From contig OX337237.1 of NCBI GenBank assembly GCA_946965045.2, positions 1,674,001 through 1,738,000 on the forward strand: DNA of 64,000 nucleotides. Direction: 5' to 3'. The position numbers and the translations under genes are program-made. Under the pieces are notes generated by a model. It was not told the DNA's origin. It was given only the letters and a program-made list of their open reading frames with translations, and ran no database searches. Below are positions 53,532-64,000 of the stretch, piece by piece. Position 1 is the first letter of the stretch; each line of letters opens with the position of its first letter. Source of the stretch: Epithemia pelagica. Taxonomy: Eukaryota; Protista; Bacillariophyta.

Positions 53532-54918
53532 GGGTCGGTTCTTTGTGGCTTCCAGGAACTTGATGGTGGAAGAGTCGGACGCGGACCGGATCGTAGCAGC
53601 CACTTGGAGAGCGCGTACAAAGGACCGACGAGAAGATTATAGTCATGCACGAGCGGGTGATCACTTGATGACCCCTTTCGAGTGTGATTGGTGCATCTTT
53701 CGAAAGTTGAGAGGTGAGGAACCGGACCCGAAAAGCGTGCAAGACAAGTACTTGATGGTGTGTGTGAGACGCATGAATCTCGATGCATTTTGGAGTCGGG
53801 CAACAAGCACGGTTGCGCAAAACACTAGAAATGCCAAAAAGATGATTGAGAAGTCAATGAAAGTGGGAATCCCTTATGGACCGTTCATGAGCCATGGCCC
53901 GTTCCCGAGTTACGATCATTGTGGGTACCAAGTGGCATATTTGATGTTGGACAGTTCGTTGGACGAAGGAAAGTATCATACGGATAGAAAGCAATTTGAC
54001 ACCATCCGGAAATTTCGATCGGTGTACTCCAATCACGTGAGAGCAACACCGGCCACTTTGGTTGATAATCGACCCCTGGTTTTGACGGACAATAATGGGA
54101 AAGCCTTCTCTCGGTTGGGCCAAGACGAGAGCGGATCATTATGGTTTTCAAGATTTGTTGAAGGTTGTCGCCGACGGATGGGCCAAGACTGGCGCCCGGA
54201 CCAAGCAATATCTAGCGAGTTGGTTGTTGCGTTGCTGGGTTCCTTGGAAGAAGAATTGAGGCACGCAAACAATGTGACGGACCCATTTGTGACGGTTATG
54301 GCGGGAACCTTTTATGCTGTGTCTTTCGCTTTGTCCTTGAGAGGGCCGGAGGGGCTGCTCCTTGATTTAGGAGCCATGACTCGATATGCAGATCTTTACA
54401 AGGACCGGGATTGCGTGGTGGTTTGTCTTTGGGGCCAATTCAAAGGCGAGCATTCTGAACGGGCTCATCTCCTCCCCTGCTGCAATGTAACAGGGAGTGG
54501 AATCAAAGTTCGCCAATGGTTGAACAGAGCAATGGTCTTGTCTCGAGACATTGGACGAACGACCGGGCCGTTGATGATGGATCGAAAGGGTGTACCCATC
54601 GCGCCACGAATGCTGGATGACATCCTGCATCGACATTTGTGCAAACTTTTCGACAACGATAAAAACCTTTTTCCTCTGACTGTCATCAAAGGGGAAGAGG
54701 ACATCGTCACAAAATACTTTGTGTTCCGATCTTTCAGACGGGGTTGGAATACAAGAGCAAAAGAGGTGGGCGTCGAGCAGCCAGACCTTGAAACTGTCAA
54801 CCGATGGAGAATAAAGGAGAGAGCAGGAGCCAATAAACCAGGCGGGGCCATTGACCACATGTATGCAGACCTGTCGATGCTTGTGGGGCCGTTTCTCCGG
54901 TACAGTTCTGCAATGTGA
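53194..54918 (+). CDS. Tyrosine recombinase of element 2 with an N-terminal Cys-rich region
   Basis: SLRGPE, RSFRRG, NRW, terminal HMY. It overlaps the pol 3' end; the true start is uncertain. Confidence 0.88.
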   Translation: MFFFVNVCLLRNGISSYTRHAIWLWRSLLELLFGLKEIMNLSSLVLFFLLLGHSRGNCGAPQKCSQWTANCANCGKKIQWVEGIFCGNFAFSVGKCSPCRNAWCASCYSSNDEGRFFVASRNLMVEESDADRIVAATWRARTKDRREDYSHARAGDHLMTPFECDWCIFRKLRGEEPDPKSVQDKYLMVCVRRMNLDAFWSRATSTVAQNTRNAKKMIEKSMKVGIPYGPFMSHGPFPSYDHCGYQVAYLMLDSSLDEGKYHTDRKQFDTIRKFRSVYSNHVRATPATLVDNRPLVLTDNNGKAFSRLGQDESGSLWFSRFVEGCRRRMGQDWRPDQAISSELVVALLGSLEEELRHANNVTDPFVTVMAGTFYAVSFALSLRGPEGLLLDLGAMTRYADLYKDRDCVVVCLWGQFKGEHSERAHLLPCCNVTGSGIKVRQWLNRAMVLSRDIGRTTGPLMMDRKGVPIAPRMLDDILHRHLCKLFDNDKNLFPLTVIKGEEDIVTKYFVFRSFRRGWNTRAKEVGVEQPDLETVNRWRIKERAGANKPGGAIDHMYADLSMLVGPFLRYSSAM

Positions 54919-55370
54919 CGACCAAACCAAGATTCTCGGTGGAGGGGGTTTCTGGAACTGGCAAGTTGCGTTGAGGCTGACATGGCAAGGCCTCTTCGGT
55001 TCTTGTCCATTAGAGAGAGAGTTTGAGCCGATTGCGTCCCCTGTCCGTTTCCGCCTTTGCGATTGCATGGTGCAACCTGATCGCGTTGGTGGGCCACAAG
55101 CGGATCCAACAGGAGTCTTGATTTGGGTCTTTCTTTTTGTTCTTTTGGGCCGGTTCCCCTGTCTGAGCATTATGCCAGATCGGACCCTGAGTGGTGAAGG
55201 ATTACCCTTCCCCCCACAACACAACCTAAACTAGAGTTTACGGTTGCGAGAATCTAATGAGATAAGTTTATGATTTGATTCTGCTGTTTGTCTTTGTGTT
55301 TGCGCGAGAGAAAGGGATCCTGAGGTTGGATGGCGACATGGTGGGTGCTGAGCAGGGTTTGCGAGTGCCC

Positions 55371-55560
55371 GATTTTGATGGCTGTTGCACTATGATGTGA
55401 CTACCCATCGCTCCATTGGGAAGGAGTTCCCCTTACCTTAGCACAATATAATCTAGGATTGTATGTGACACATCCCAACGTCTAACATCAAGACCTATTG
55501 CCACACTGGTTGAAGAGTTGGAAGAAGTTTTGGACATACATCGGAGAGGAGTCAAGTGCC
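55371..55560 (+). repeat. Repeat B2, right part (190 bp)
   Basis: Copy of 45920-46109 with one mismatch. Confidence 0.95.
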
Positions 55561-56002
55561 AATGTTCGCGCTTCGCGCGCGCGCTCATCGCTTGTCTCCC
55601 TCGCAGAAACAGAAGGACATGGTTTTCCCAGCCATTCCTTTCCAGTCAGTGTATCTCAGACACGTTCGGAATCCTGAGCGTTTTCAATCATCTATGGAAA
55701 GACAAACTGGATCTCCCCGATCAATCAAACTGACTAAGAAGAGAAGCGAAGACGTCATGAGAGCGCTAAGGAGCAAGGTTGTGTCCATCTTCAAGATCTT
55801 GCCACTTCTCTTTTCTTGGCGCCGATCGGATATTATTACGAACGACGAATTGTGAACCTTTCGTGACTCTGCCGTGGACTGTTGATTGTCCAAGTGTTTG
55901 ACAACTTCGTTGCGCTTCGTAGCTGTGCGATCCCTTCTCACCCATCAACAAGCACACTTGAGTTGATATCTCATACAACAATCTCATTTATACCAATCGC
56001 AA

Positions 56003-56674
56003 ATGATTCGACTTGGGCATTTCGTAGTACGTCGGAGCGCTGGAGCTAGAAGACGTATTCAACTAAGATCCTCCGCTGTTGCGCCGCAAAGCGCGCTTTC
56101 GGCGAAAACCGACGACGTTTCAATAAGATGGAAGGCGTCCTCTGCTGCTCAGAAGGAGGTACCAGATTCGCAAAGCGTTTCATCCAAACATTTGCATTTG
56201 GTGACCTGCGCAATCGAAAGAATGTTGGACGAAAAGGCAGCCAACTCAGGATCTGTTTCCGCGGATAATCCTTCGGCTGTGGATGAAAAATCTGAACTTG
56301 TCGAGAAAGCATGGAGGGCATTCGAGGTAAGAGAAAAAGTAAAAGTCACTGATTGTTCTGTGCTCAAGCAGGGAGAGAACTCACAGCCTCTATATTTGAT
56401 TATCAATGAATAACAGAACAATTTAGCGAACGCCACATCTTGTGTGTCGGATGTGTCCGACAATGAAACTCCAGAGGAGTGGGAAGCTGAAGTTGATACA
56501 GCTGAACAAGCAATCACACAGGCACAAGCATCTTTTCTGGATGTATTGGAATTATCACGGGAAGTGCAGGTATCGCTTTCACCGGATCGTGAGGAGAGAG
56601 CGACTTGTATCCGTAAACTTCGCTACAGACTGGACGATCTTTTGGAAGAACAACAACAGAAACCAGCAGCCTGA
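56003..56674 (+). CDS. Hypothetical protein, possibly mitochondrion-targeted (2 exons)
   Basis: Phase-0 intron 56327..56416 joins track ORFs 56003 and 56444. The N-terminus is rich in Arg, Ser and Ala. Confidence 0.65.
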
Positions 56675-57063
56675 TAGTCCATTGAAGAATGTTATTTCTT
56701 CTAGCTTACGACGGGGACGATACTTTTGTTGAATGTGAATGTCAAGAGTTGTATCACTTGTGTTTGTTGACTTTTCCCATTTTGTATCAATTGCATATCT
56801 GAACTTTGGAAACACCATTTTCTGTATTTTGCAGCTACCGGTTAGAAGCTTTTAGGAGTAAGTTTTCCTCATTAGTCTAATGGAACTGACTTCAACATAC
56901 TTTTGATAGGGCTATCATAGGACACACTCGAGGATGCAACAGATTCATACCATGTGGTATAGACAGTGAAGAAAACATAATCTCTACTGGGAGTAACTTA
57001 CAGGCCGGCAGGATCGCATCACAGTCTTCCTACATCTCAGACTACGAGAAAAGATAGTGTTGA

Positions 57064-58305
57064 TCACTTCCGTACAACCTGGAGGGCAAGCAATGCGGTG
57101 ACCACCAGGGCAGTGTAGAGGTTTATTGGGTGACCGTACCAGGTCCTTTCTTGACGCTTCTTGACCGCTTCTGCCATAGCAGCTGACGGATGGTGGAACT
57201 GCTCAAACAGCCGAACTAGATTTCGTTCCAGCATGGCTACAGTGACTTTCCCCACCATGGGGACATACACAACTCCTGGAATTTTTAGAAGACTTTCTTC
57301 ATCGACATTTTTATAGCTTGCAACGTTGACGACAGTTGTGTTGGGTTGAATCCACTCGGAAGGTAAAACATATGACTTTGTCGGGACACCCGTAATAACA
57401 ATGGACGACTGGGAAGCACGCAAAGATGATAGGTATCAGAAATCGGACAAAATATCATCACTTTTTCCACGGTCTGATGCAGAGTAAAGATTGACCTACC
57501 TTGCGAACGCATGATTCAGGAGTTTCATTCTCACAGACGCGAAGTCTTCCCCCGGAGAAAACATATATGGAGTTGATGTCAATGGAGTAGACTTCGGCAC
57601 CGTCATTCGATATCATGGCAGCCAAAGGGCGGCCCACAATCTCGGAGCGATTGATCACCGTGACAATCTTCCCTTCCATTTGTCGACCAATCTTTTTCCT
57701 GTCACAGCATCCAGGACACTGTTCAAGGATCTTCATGACGGAAAGAGAAGTACATGGCAGAAGGCATTTTTGTGTATTTGCTGGATAATCCAAAAATCGA
57801 ACATTGCGATAAAGATTGGTTCGGTAGGTGTGACACAGGCCCTCTACATCGCACTTGAAGCTGATGGAGTCTCTAAGGAAATCATCATGGCTCTCCCCTG
57901 AGAACGACTCGATCTGGCCAAAGATTGGATAATACACAATGATTCCGTGAACACGAGGATCGTCGTTTGCATCCATGAGAGCATTCTCCACGTCGATCGG
58001 GTCCTCCAGGGTACGCAGTTCGTACCGAAGGCCATCGGCCTTACAGGCTCGAGCTGTCCATTCAGCGTATTTCTTGGCCGCTGGGTCTTTGTTGGCTAGC
58101 AACCCAACCAAAAGTGGAGCATCTACAAAAAGTAAAAAGTTGCTTTTAGACCATGTCACATGTCACGCTTAGTTCCTTGTGATATCAATTTACCTATGCC
58201 TTGTCTCTTCAGTTCGGTTACTTTCTGCTTGATTTCATCACGAAATGGCTTGGCCACGACGCTTGCATCGATCTTAACCCCTTTGCTCGTATCAGCCACT
58301 ATCAT
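57064..58305 (-). CDS. MTD1: Methylenetetrahydrofolate dehydrogenase (FolD family, NAD-dependent MTD1-like), 3 exons
   Basis: Exons 58305..58194, 58122..57500, 57408..57064. Motifs VHGIIVYYPIF, CDVEGL, LLPCT, VINRSEIVGRPLA, VGKVTVAMLERN. Confidence 0.88.
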
Positions 58306-58560
58306 CTTGTCACAAACAGGAACATGCTCATTCGCCGTGATCACGTCCACTGGCCACGACGAGAGGGTATCTTTTCGAAAGGTGCGGTCGCAGAACTGTG
58401 ATGGGAATCTTTCTTGGGGTCCATGCCCAACTCAGCACCCACCGGATAACCCTACGGTTCACGGTCGAGACTAAGGTACAAAAATCGAAACATGAATCTC
58501 GTTAGCAACTTTACTATCTGAATGAAGGGCTTGTGTATAATGGTAAAAAGGGAGCATTGG

Positions 58561-59865
58561 TTAGTAGCCCAAGGTTGGGTCCACTGGGTTAAGAACTTCT
58601 TCACCGCATAGGAATCGCGGAAGATTTTCCGTCACAAAGAACTCTGTTGCTTCATGCATGAATGTAGCTGTTTGGTCCATGTTGTGCGGGCTAATGAGTA
58701 TATTAGGGAGACTCCAAAGGGGGGAATCTTGGGGCAACGGTTCAGTGTCAAACACGTCCAACGCTGCTCCCTTTAGACAATTACCCGTCGGTGTCGTCGG
58801 TTGAAGATACGTATGAAGAGCTGTTTCATCAACCACTGCTCCTCGACCCAAGTTAATAAAGACCGAATTGGGTTTGGCGGACGCAAATGCAGCCTCGTTG
58901 ATCATTCCTCGTGTTTCAGGGGTTGAAGGTGCGGCACACACAATGTAGTCTGATTCGCCAAACAGTTTATGCAAACTGGATGTGGAACTGTCGTATACTT
59001 TATCGCACAACGGATCATCCTGCGAAAGTGAAGGGTTGCGACGAAGAGCAACGATTTCCATTCCATAAGCCTTTGCCAGAATGGCGCAAGCTCGGCCAAT
59101 ATCTCCATAGCCCACAATTCCCATTGTTTTTCCACGAAGCTCTTCAACCGAGTACTTCTCCCAATTCTTGTCCTTTTGTTGACGCAACAGACGAGGAAGG
59201 TCTTTCGCAAAATAACTGCATGCAAACATTACGTACTCAGCCAGAGAACTGCTAAACTGTCCCTTTGCATTGGTAACTTTCATCTTCCGAGAAGAAGCAA
59301 TTTTGCCAAAGTCTTCATTCTCAACAAAGTCAATTCCTGCAGATCGACAGTGAACCCATTGAATGGAAGGGAACGCCTTTAATACTTGAGGTAAGACGGA
59401 AGCGGCCCTTGGACAGCTAGGACTCACAAATAAAACATTTGGTTCGGAAGATTGAAAGGAGTCAAAGTCCTCCACAGAAGATCCGACAGCCAGCAACGAT
59501 GCGCCCGGTGGTAGCTTTCCGCCATGGAGAGCCGAGTTGGCGTCATCTTGTGAGGCAGAAAGTGACAATATCCGGGCCTCTTGCTTAATAAAATCAGGAG
59601 ATGACTCAACAAGAGAAAGATACTTTCCTCCTTCTCCAGAATTCTCTTCCCGGTTCCAAAATAGATTGTGGCGTTGTTTGAGTGAGTGTAAGGGTGCTGT
59701 GGCGCTCTTATTCGCAGACATGTTGTCGTTGTATCCGGATTGCCGAAGTACTCGAGCGGTGTGAAGGAAGGCAGGGTAGGAGCGATGTCTCAGTCGAGGG
59801 ATCTGTCCACGGCTGAGATGAAGACTCCAAATGTAACAAGCCGATCGTAGAATGGAACCCATCAC
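58561..59865 (-). CDS. D-isomer-specific 2-hydroxyacid dehydrogenase
   Basis: GIVGYGDIG, INLGRGAVVDE, GAALDVFDTEPLP, ISPHN. Confidence 0.93.
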   Translation of the reverse strand: MMGSILRSACYIWSLHLSRGQIPRLRHRSYPAFLHTARVLRQSGYNDNMSANKSATAPLHSLKQRHNLFWNREENSGEGGKYLSLVESSPDFIKQEARILSLSASQDDANSALHGGKLPPGASLLAVGSSVEDFDSFQSSEPNVLFVSPSCPRAASVLPQVLKAFPSIQWVHCRSAGIDFVENEDFGKIASSRKMKVTNAKGQFSSSLAEYVMFACSYFAKDLPRLLRQQKDKNWEKYSVEELRGKTMGIVGYGDIGRACAILAKAYGMEIVALRRNPSLSQDDPLCDKVYDSSTSSLHKLFGESDYIVCAAPSTPETRGMINEAAFASAKPNSVFINLGRGAVVDETALHTYLQPTTPTGNCLKGAALDVFDTEPLPQDSPLWSLPNILISPHNMDQTATFMHEATEFFVTENLPRFLCGEEVLNPVDPTLGY

Positions 59866-60235
59866 CCATCAGTATCAGTGCCTCTTGAAAATCGCAGAAT
59901 CCCTCCAATAAAGGGGGGATGTATGATTTCCTCCCCCAAATGTTCTTTTTCAAATCGGGTGGATTTTCGTCCTCCTTCGCGGGAACACGAGGGCGCAAGT
60001 CTTGCCCCCGCTTCAAGGTTTCCCGCTCGCAGCAAGCGACCGCACGATGGCGGGAAGACATGCCCTGATCGGAGGTCAACATTTTTGTGTGATGCTGATG
60101 CTGCATCATTTCCATTCTGTTGCAATTCCTCCATCTATTTCGATCTATTGCGCAATATAGTGCTCAGATCGTACACTTCGAGACCTTCATCAACCAACAA
60201 ACATCACACAACGAATCCCCTTTCCTCATTTGATC

Positions 60236-61084
60236 ATGGCGCTCGTCAATGTTGTCAATATGGTACGATTACGGTTTCATCTGAAGCAATCAACGGTTCT
60301 ACAAGTTGGTCTCAACTCAAAACTCTCATTCTATCTCCTTCTCCTAGGTTGTTTTGGACAATCCTTGCAATTTTGAAAACCCATTTCAATTTGAGATAAC
60401 ATTTGAATGCCTTCAGGAACTTGAAGATGGTACGTGATGGAAATCAATACATATAGGTCTCTTTCCAAGCACGAACTTATCATTTACATTCTGTGTCGGT
60501 CGGCAGATTTGGAATGGAAAGTTCTGTACGTTGGTTCAGCACACGACGCCGGAAAGGATCAAGTACTTGATGAAATCTTGGTCGGCCCGGTTCCAGTGGG
60601 AATTAATAAGTTTGTCCTGCAGGCGGATTCTCCCTCACCACAGCAATTGCCACCCGATGAGATTCTGGGTGTCACAGTGGTCCTTGTAACATGCAGTTAC
60701 AAAGAAAGGGAGTTTGTCAGAGTCGGATACTATGTGAACAACGAATTACTTGGCCATGATCCAGAGACCCCGCCTCCAGTCTACCCGCAATTGGATCTAT
60801 CTCAGGTACAACGGCAAATTTTGGCTGACAAACCACGCGTGACAAAGTTTCCAATTCAATGGGACGATACCAACAATGTGTCTAATAACAACAACATAGC
60901 AGTTCAATCCAACGATGTCACCATGGGAGTATCCAATGACGAGAACGCTCACAATCAATATACAATTTCAGCGGGGGGTATGAGTGCGGAAGCGAAAATG
61001 GCAGCTGCAATGGATACTTCTTTGCGAGGGACACTTGCATCTCAGAACAGCAATGGAGGAGACAATGCCATGTCCATGGACTAG
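60236..61084 (+). CDS. ASF1: Histone chaperone ASF1 (3 exons)
   Basis: Exons 60236..60262, 60348..60429, 60507..61084. Translation MALVNVVNM|VVLDNP..FEITFECL..|DLEWK..YVGSA..DQVLDEILVGPVPVG..EFVRVGYYVNN. Confidence 0.96.
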
Positions 61085-61383
61085 ACATAGGAAGTGGTCC
61101 CCGTCGACTCGAGATCTTGTGTATAGTAGTCCTATGACCATGCTAGTTGTCGTCTGATTCAAAAAAGAGGGGTGATGGATGATGAGAAGACAAATGACGA
61201 TCTATTTATCTGCAGCGTTCGGTGCCATGGTACAAATAAGGAGCATTGATAGCTTTTTTGTATCAACACGTGAATTAATTATAGCAGGGTTTTGGGAGCG
61301 CAGAATCAATCAATAGCCATTGCCATGTGTTAAAAAAGTCTCTTGTGTCGGACTGGGCGTGGGGCCTAACAACGATGGAATCT

Positions 61384-62553
61384 TCATGCAGCAGTGCTGC
61401 AGAGAAAACACCCACCGTAGTCACCAGGGGCCTCATCATATGGTTCGGCTTTGACTCTGTCGTATGCAGGTCTTTGACTGTTCATGGATGGGTTCGTTAG
61501 AATTGGTTTCAGCTTGAGCTTGCTGCGTTTCCGATCGTCGCTATCACCTTCTTCACTCTTGTTACTTGCCGTACTGGACAAGGTCGACCGTAGATCAATA
61601 GTGACGGCATCATATGCCTCGTTAATAGCGGCGAACGAGAACTCCAACCACTCTCTAAGATCCTCTTTGCTTATTTTCGACAACTGTTGACGTGGTTTCT
61701 CCGGTACTGACTTTCCAGCTCCAAAAGCTCTTCCATGCGCACTGTTCCTTCGACGAACACCAAAAATCTTAGCTTTCTGCTGCAAGCCTTGATCGTTGTT
61801 ACTACTTCTAGAGTTCTGTTGCGATGGCTCAAACACTTTGACGGCCGGAGAAGTTCGCACCGCCAGAAGTTCCTTGGCTGTATCTATACAAATCGTTTTT
61901 GTTCTCTTACTTCTCTTGGGCGGCATCGGTTTGCGTTGGGGAAGAATTATCTTTTGTCCAGGATTGTTGTTTGTTTCGGCATTGGGTCTGATATGCTGGT
62001 CGACGCCCAGAGCTTCTTGTTCATTTCTCAATGTTGGATTGTGTCCTGTCCGCGATTGTCGTCGTCGCATTGGGGAATCACTCGAGTTCCGATCACTCGA
62101 GTTCCGATCTCTCTGGTCCTTGGAGGCTTTTCTACGAATCGCGGAGTTCTTGTTGCCTCCACTGAGTCTTCGAGCGAACTTGCCGGGTGTTTTTGTACGA
62201 GATGGCGATGAACGTACCGGTGGGTGATTCTCCATCGATTGCGACCTTACGTAGTCTATTTCATCTTGGCTTTTCTCCAGTCCGATCACGCGAGTGAGAC
62301 CTTTTCCGGAATATCGGGAAATCATGGGGTAGTCTGAACTGTGCCTGTCGTGTTCACTAGACCCTAACCTATAGTGTGGTTGCTGCATTTCTTGTTTTTC
62401 AAACGTGAGCCACCGGCCACGAAGAGTTGCTTGGCTAGCCTCTGCATCGCCAGTGTCTATCAGTCCAATGGGGAGACTTTTCTGATTTACATCACTCACC
62501 CGTGACCGTGAACTCTGCTTACCCGATGGATTGCTCTGCCATAGCGACTTCAT
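61384..62553 (-). CDS. Hypothetical basic low-complexity protein
   Basis: 389-aa ORF with ATG start; no domain recognised. Confidence 0.55.
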   Translation of the reverse strand: MKSLWQSNPSGKQSSRSRVSDVNQKSLPIGLIDTGDAEASQATLRGRWLTFEKQEMQQPHYRLGSSEHDRHSSDYPMISRYSGKGLTRVIGLEKSQDEIDYVRSQSMENHPPVRSSPSRTKTPGKFARRLSGGNKNSAIRRKASKDQRDRNSSDRNSSDSPMRRRQSRTGHNPTLRNEQEALGVDQHIRPNAETNNNPGQKIILPQRKPMPPKRSKRTKTICIDTAKELLAVRTSPAVKVFEPSQQNSRSSNNDQGLQQKAKIFGVRRRNSAHGRAFGAGKSVPEKPRQQLSKISKEDLREWLEFSFAAINEAYDAVTIDLRSTLSSTASNKSEEGDSDDRKRSKLKLKPILTNPSMNSQRPAYDRVKAEPYDEAPGDYGGCFLCSTAA

Positions 62554-63591
62554 GATGGGATGAACAATGGAAAATGATGAAAAGAGAAAATGAAATCTAG
62601 TAATATTTTGGACTTTGGACTCCCTATGGCTCTACACTTATGTAGTATTTTTGTCGTCATCCCGGAGCTACTACTTGACCTAATTTATGTCACTTACATT
62701 GGAATCTCTTATGTGTTTCGCTCTCCGTCGCTATTGGCGACGACACAGACTAACAATATGAGAAGCGTGAGATCGTTTTGTGCGCTTTGCTAAAAGTATG
62801 TGGTCGGCGTGCGTCCTGCTGTTGCGTCATTCAAATACTATTGGCTTTCCTTCCGTGCTGTGTTATGTAGAGGATGCGTTGAACGGGCCATGGAATAGCG
62901 AGGATGCCGAGATCCAACACGCCACGAAATAGATGGGCACGAGGACGAAGCATCCCCCATATCCCATCCCGCTCCGTTCACACGGTTCCTTTTGGTGTAG
63001 CTCCAACTCTGAAGCAGTATATTTTCCCCGATGAGGATAGAGAGTCACCTGAAATGTCTCTTACCTCACCATGTGCGTCATGATTTGTCTGCACAACTAG
63101 AGTAAGAATGACTACATTGAGAGTATCAACTATCAACGCCTTCTTTCGGGCACCTGGCAGTGGCAGTGGCAGTGGCAGAGTGTGGGTGTGGATTATGGAT
63201 TACAAGTAACAAGTTACAAGTATCATTTTTTACCACATCGCTTTGTCGCGTGGTCGTCTCAACTCTCAACTCTCAAAAACAACAACGAGCGCACGAGGGC
63301 GCCGCGCCAGCGCAACATAAGCTCTCTTCTTACCTCATTATGTAAACGCGCGCCTTTCCACGTTCAACGGATAGATCTTACAGGTACTTAAATGGATACT
63401 TCGTCTGCGCGCGGGGAGATTCGATCCTGAATGCTCACAAAATGGAAGAAGAAGAAGAGGAGACGTTTCTTCGTCAACTTCTGTTGTCTGAGTTTATTTT
63501 CCCGTCGATTTCATTCTTCTCGTTCATGTGCGCAAGTACGCGTGAGATTTGAAGGCCATCGACCGAAATTTGATCCTTTCCAAGAGCAGCC

Positions 63592-64000
63592 ATGAGCTCT
63601 CGCCGCTTGTCACTTGGAGGATCAGCTCTCCGCGAGATCTCAACAAACAGCTCTGCACGAAGACTGTCGCTCGGCGGTGCTCGTCGTTCAAACACTCCCC
63701 TAAAGGACAGGCGAGAAGCTCTTGAAGACTGGAGGCGCACTTCCCGCGGCAGAGATCCATCAAGTGATGCGGAAAATGTGAACAATGATGCGAAACGGCC
63801 CAGGACACAGGTTGACTGCCCTCCACTTCCACCCTCCACGGCACAAAAGCTCGCGGAGCCTGGAATGACGGCTCTGGAGCGCTACCGCCTCAAAAAGCAG
63901 CTCAAGCAGCAACAACAGGAGCACACTGCTCGACCACCCCGGAGCTCAGCTCATGAGGTAGGACAGACGACAACTTCTCGGTTGGTTTTGTCTGAGGACT
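63592..64000 (+). CDS. 5' part of a hypothetical protein running off the window
   Basis: The frame from ATG 63592 is open to the window end: MSSRRLSLGGSALREISTNSSARRLSLGG..ALERYRLKKQLKQQQQ. It is absent from the track because it has no stop. Confidence 0.65.
   Translation, partial: MSSRRLSLGGSALREISTNSSARRLSLGGARRSNTPLKDRREALEDWRRTSRGRDPSSDAENVNNDAKRPRTQVDCPPLPPSTAQKLAEPGMTALERYRLKKQLKQQQQEHTARPPRSSAHEVGQTTTSRLVLSED

Larger units (their letters stand above)
46630..55370 (+). mobile_element. YR retrotransposon element 2 (8741 bp), nested in B2 of element 1
   Basis: Removing it restores gtttgcgtc|gattttgatg exactly as in B1. It carries gag, pol and YR homologous to but very divergent from element 1. 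Confidence 0.92.
37300..55560 (+). mobile_element. YR retrotransposon element 1 (DIRS/PAT-like, split direct repeats), interrupted by element 2
   Basis: A1 37300-37554, gag, pol, YR, B1 45679-46109, A2 46110-46364, B2 46389-46629 plus 55371-55560. Confidence 0.92.

Noticed and set aside
54367-55224. 285-aa and 214-aa ORFs overlapping the element 2 YR 3' end
   Set aside because: No recognisable motifs and no counterpart in element 1; treated as shadow ORFs.
46904-55370. Patchy inverted matches between element 2 ends (gggcactc, ggatccct, caaaca..caaagac)
   Set aside because: 8-mers are expected by chance between two ~500-bp regions and the spacing is inconsistent, so this is not accepted as an ITR or internal complementary region.
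1-64000. tRNA, rRNA or other structured ncRNA genes
   Set aside because: None recognised by eye; a covariance-model scan would be needed to exclude them.

Overview
This is eukaryotic nuclear DNA, most likely from a pennate diatom: short GT-AG introns, an ASAFAP plastid-targeting peptide and compact gene spacing. The housekeeping genes are UPF1, ASF1, a La-motif protein, a TLDc protein, an Mpv17-family protein, an MTD1-like dehydrogenase, a 2-hydroxyacid dehydrogenase, an ABC-ATPase-like protein and a CCR4-like nuclease with an inserted Mut7-C domain. The dominant feature is an 18.3 kb nest (37300-55560) of two divergent tyrosine-recombinase (DIRS/PAT-like) retrotransposons. Element 1 has split direct repeats (A1-ORFs-B1-A2-B2). 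Element 2 (46630-55370) sits precisely inside element 1's terminal B2 repeat. Both elements share unusual traits: (i) Gag and Pol are in the same frame, separated by a single UGA, and in element 2 this reads UGA-CGG followed by a 14-bp stem-loop, suggesting programmed readthrough; (ii) Pol begins with what looks like a catalytically dead C5-cytosine-methyltransferase fold, then a Trp-rich unknown domain, RT, RNase H and a Dam-like domain; (iii) the recombinase has an N-terminal Cys-rich zinc-finger-like region and RxxR in place of HxxR. Other notable items are three adjacent genes sharing an unnamed KPxW...DLAxPIT repeat and a bacterial-type DUF5060-like secreted gene broken by a frameshift and two stops. 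All domain calls were made by eye from motifs; no database searches were run.
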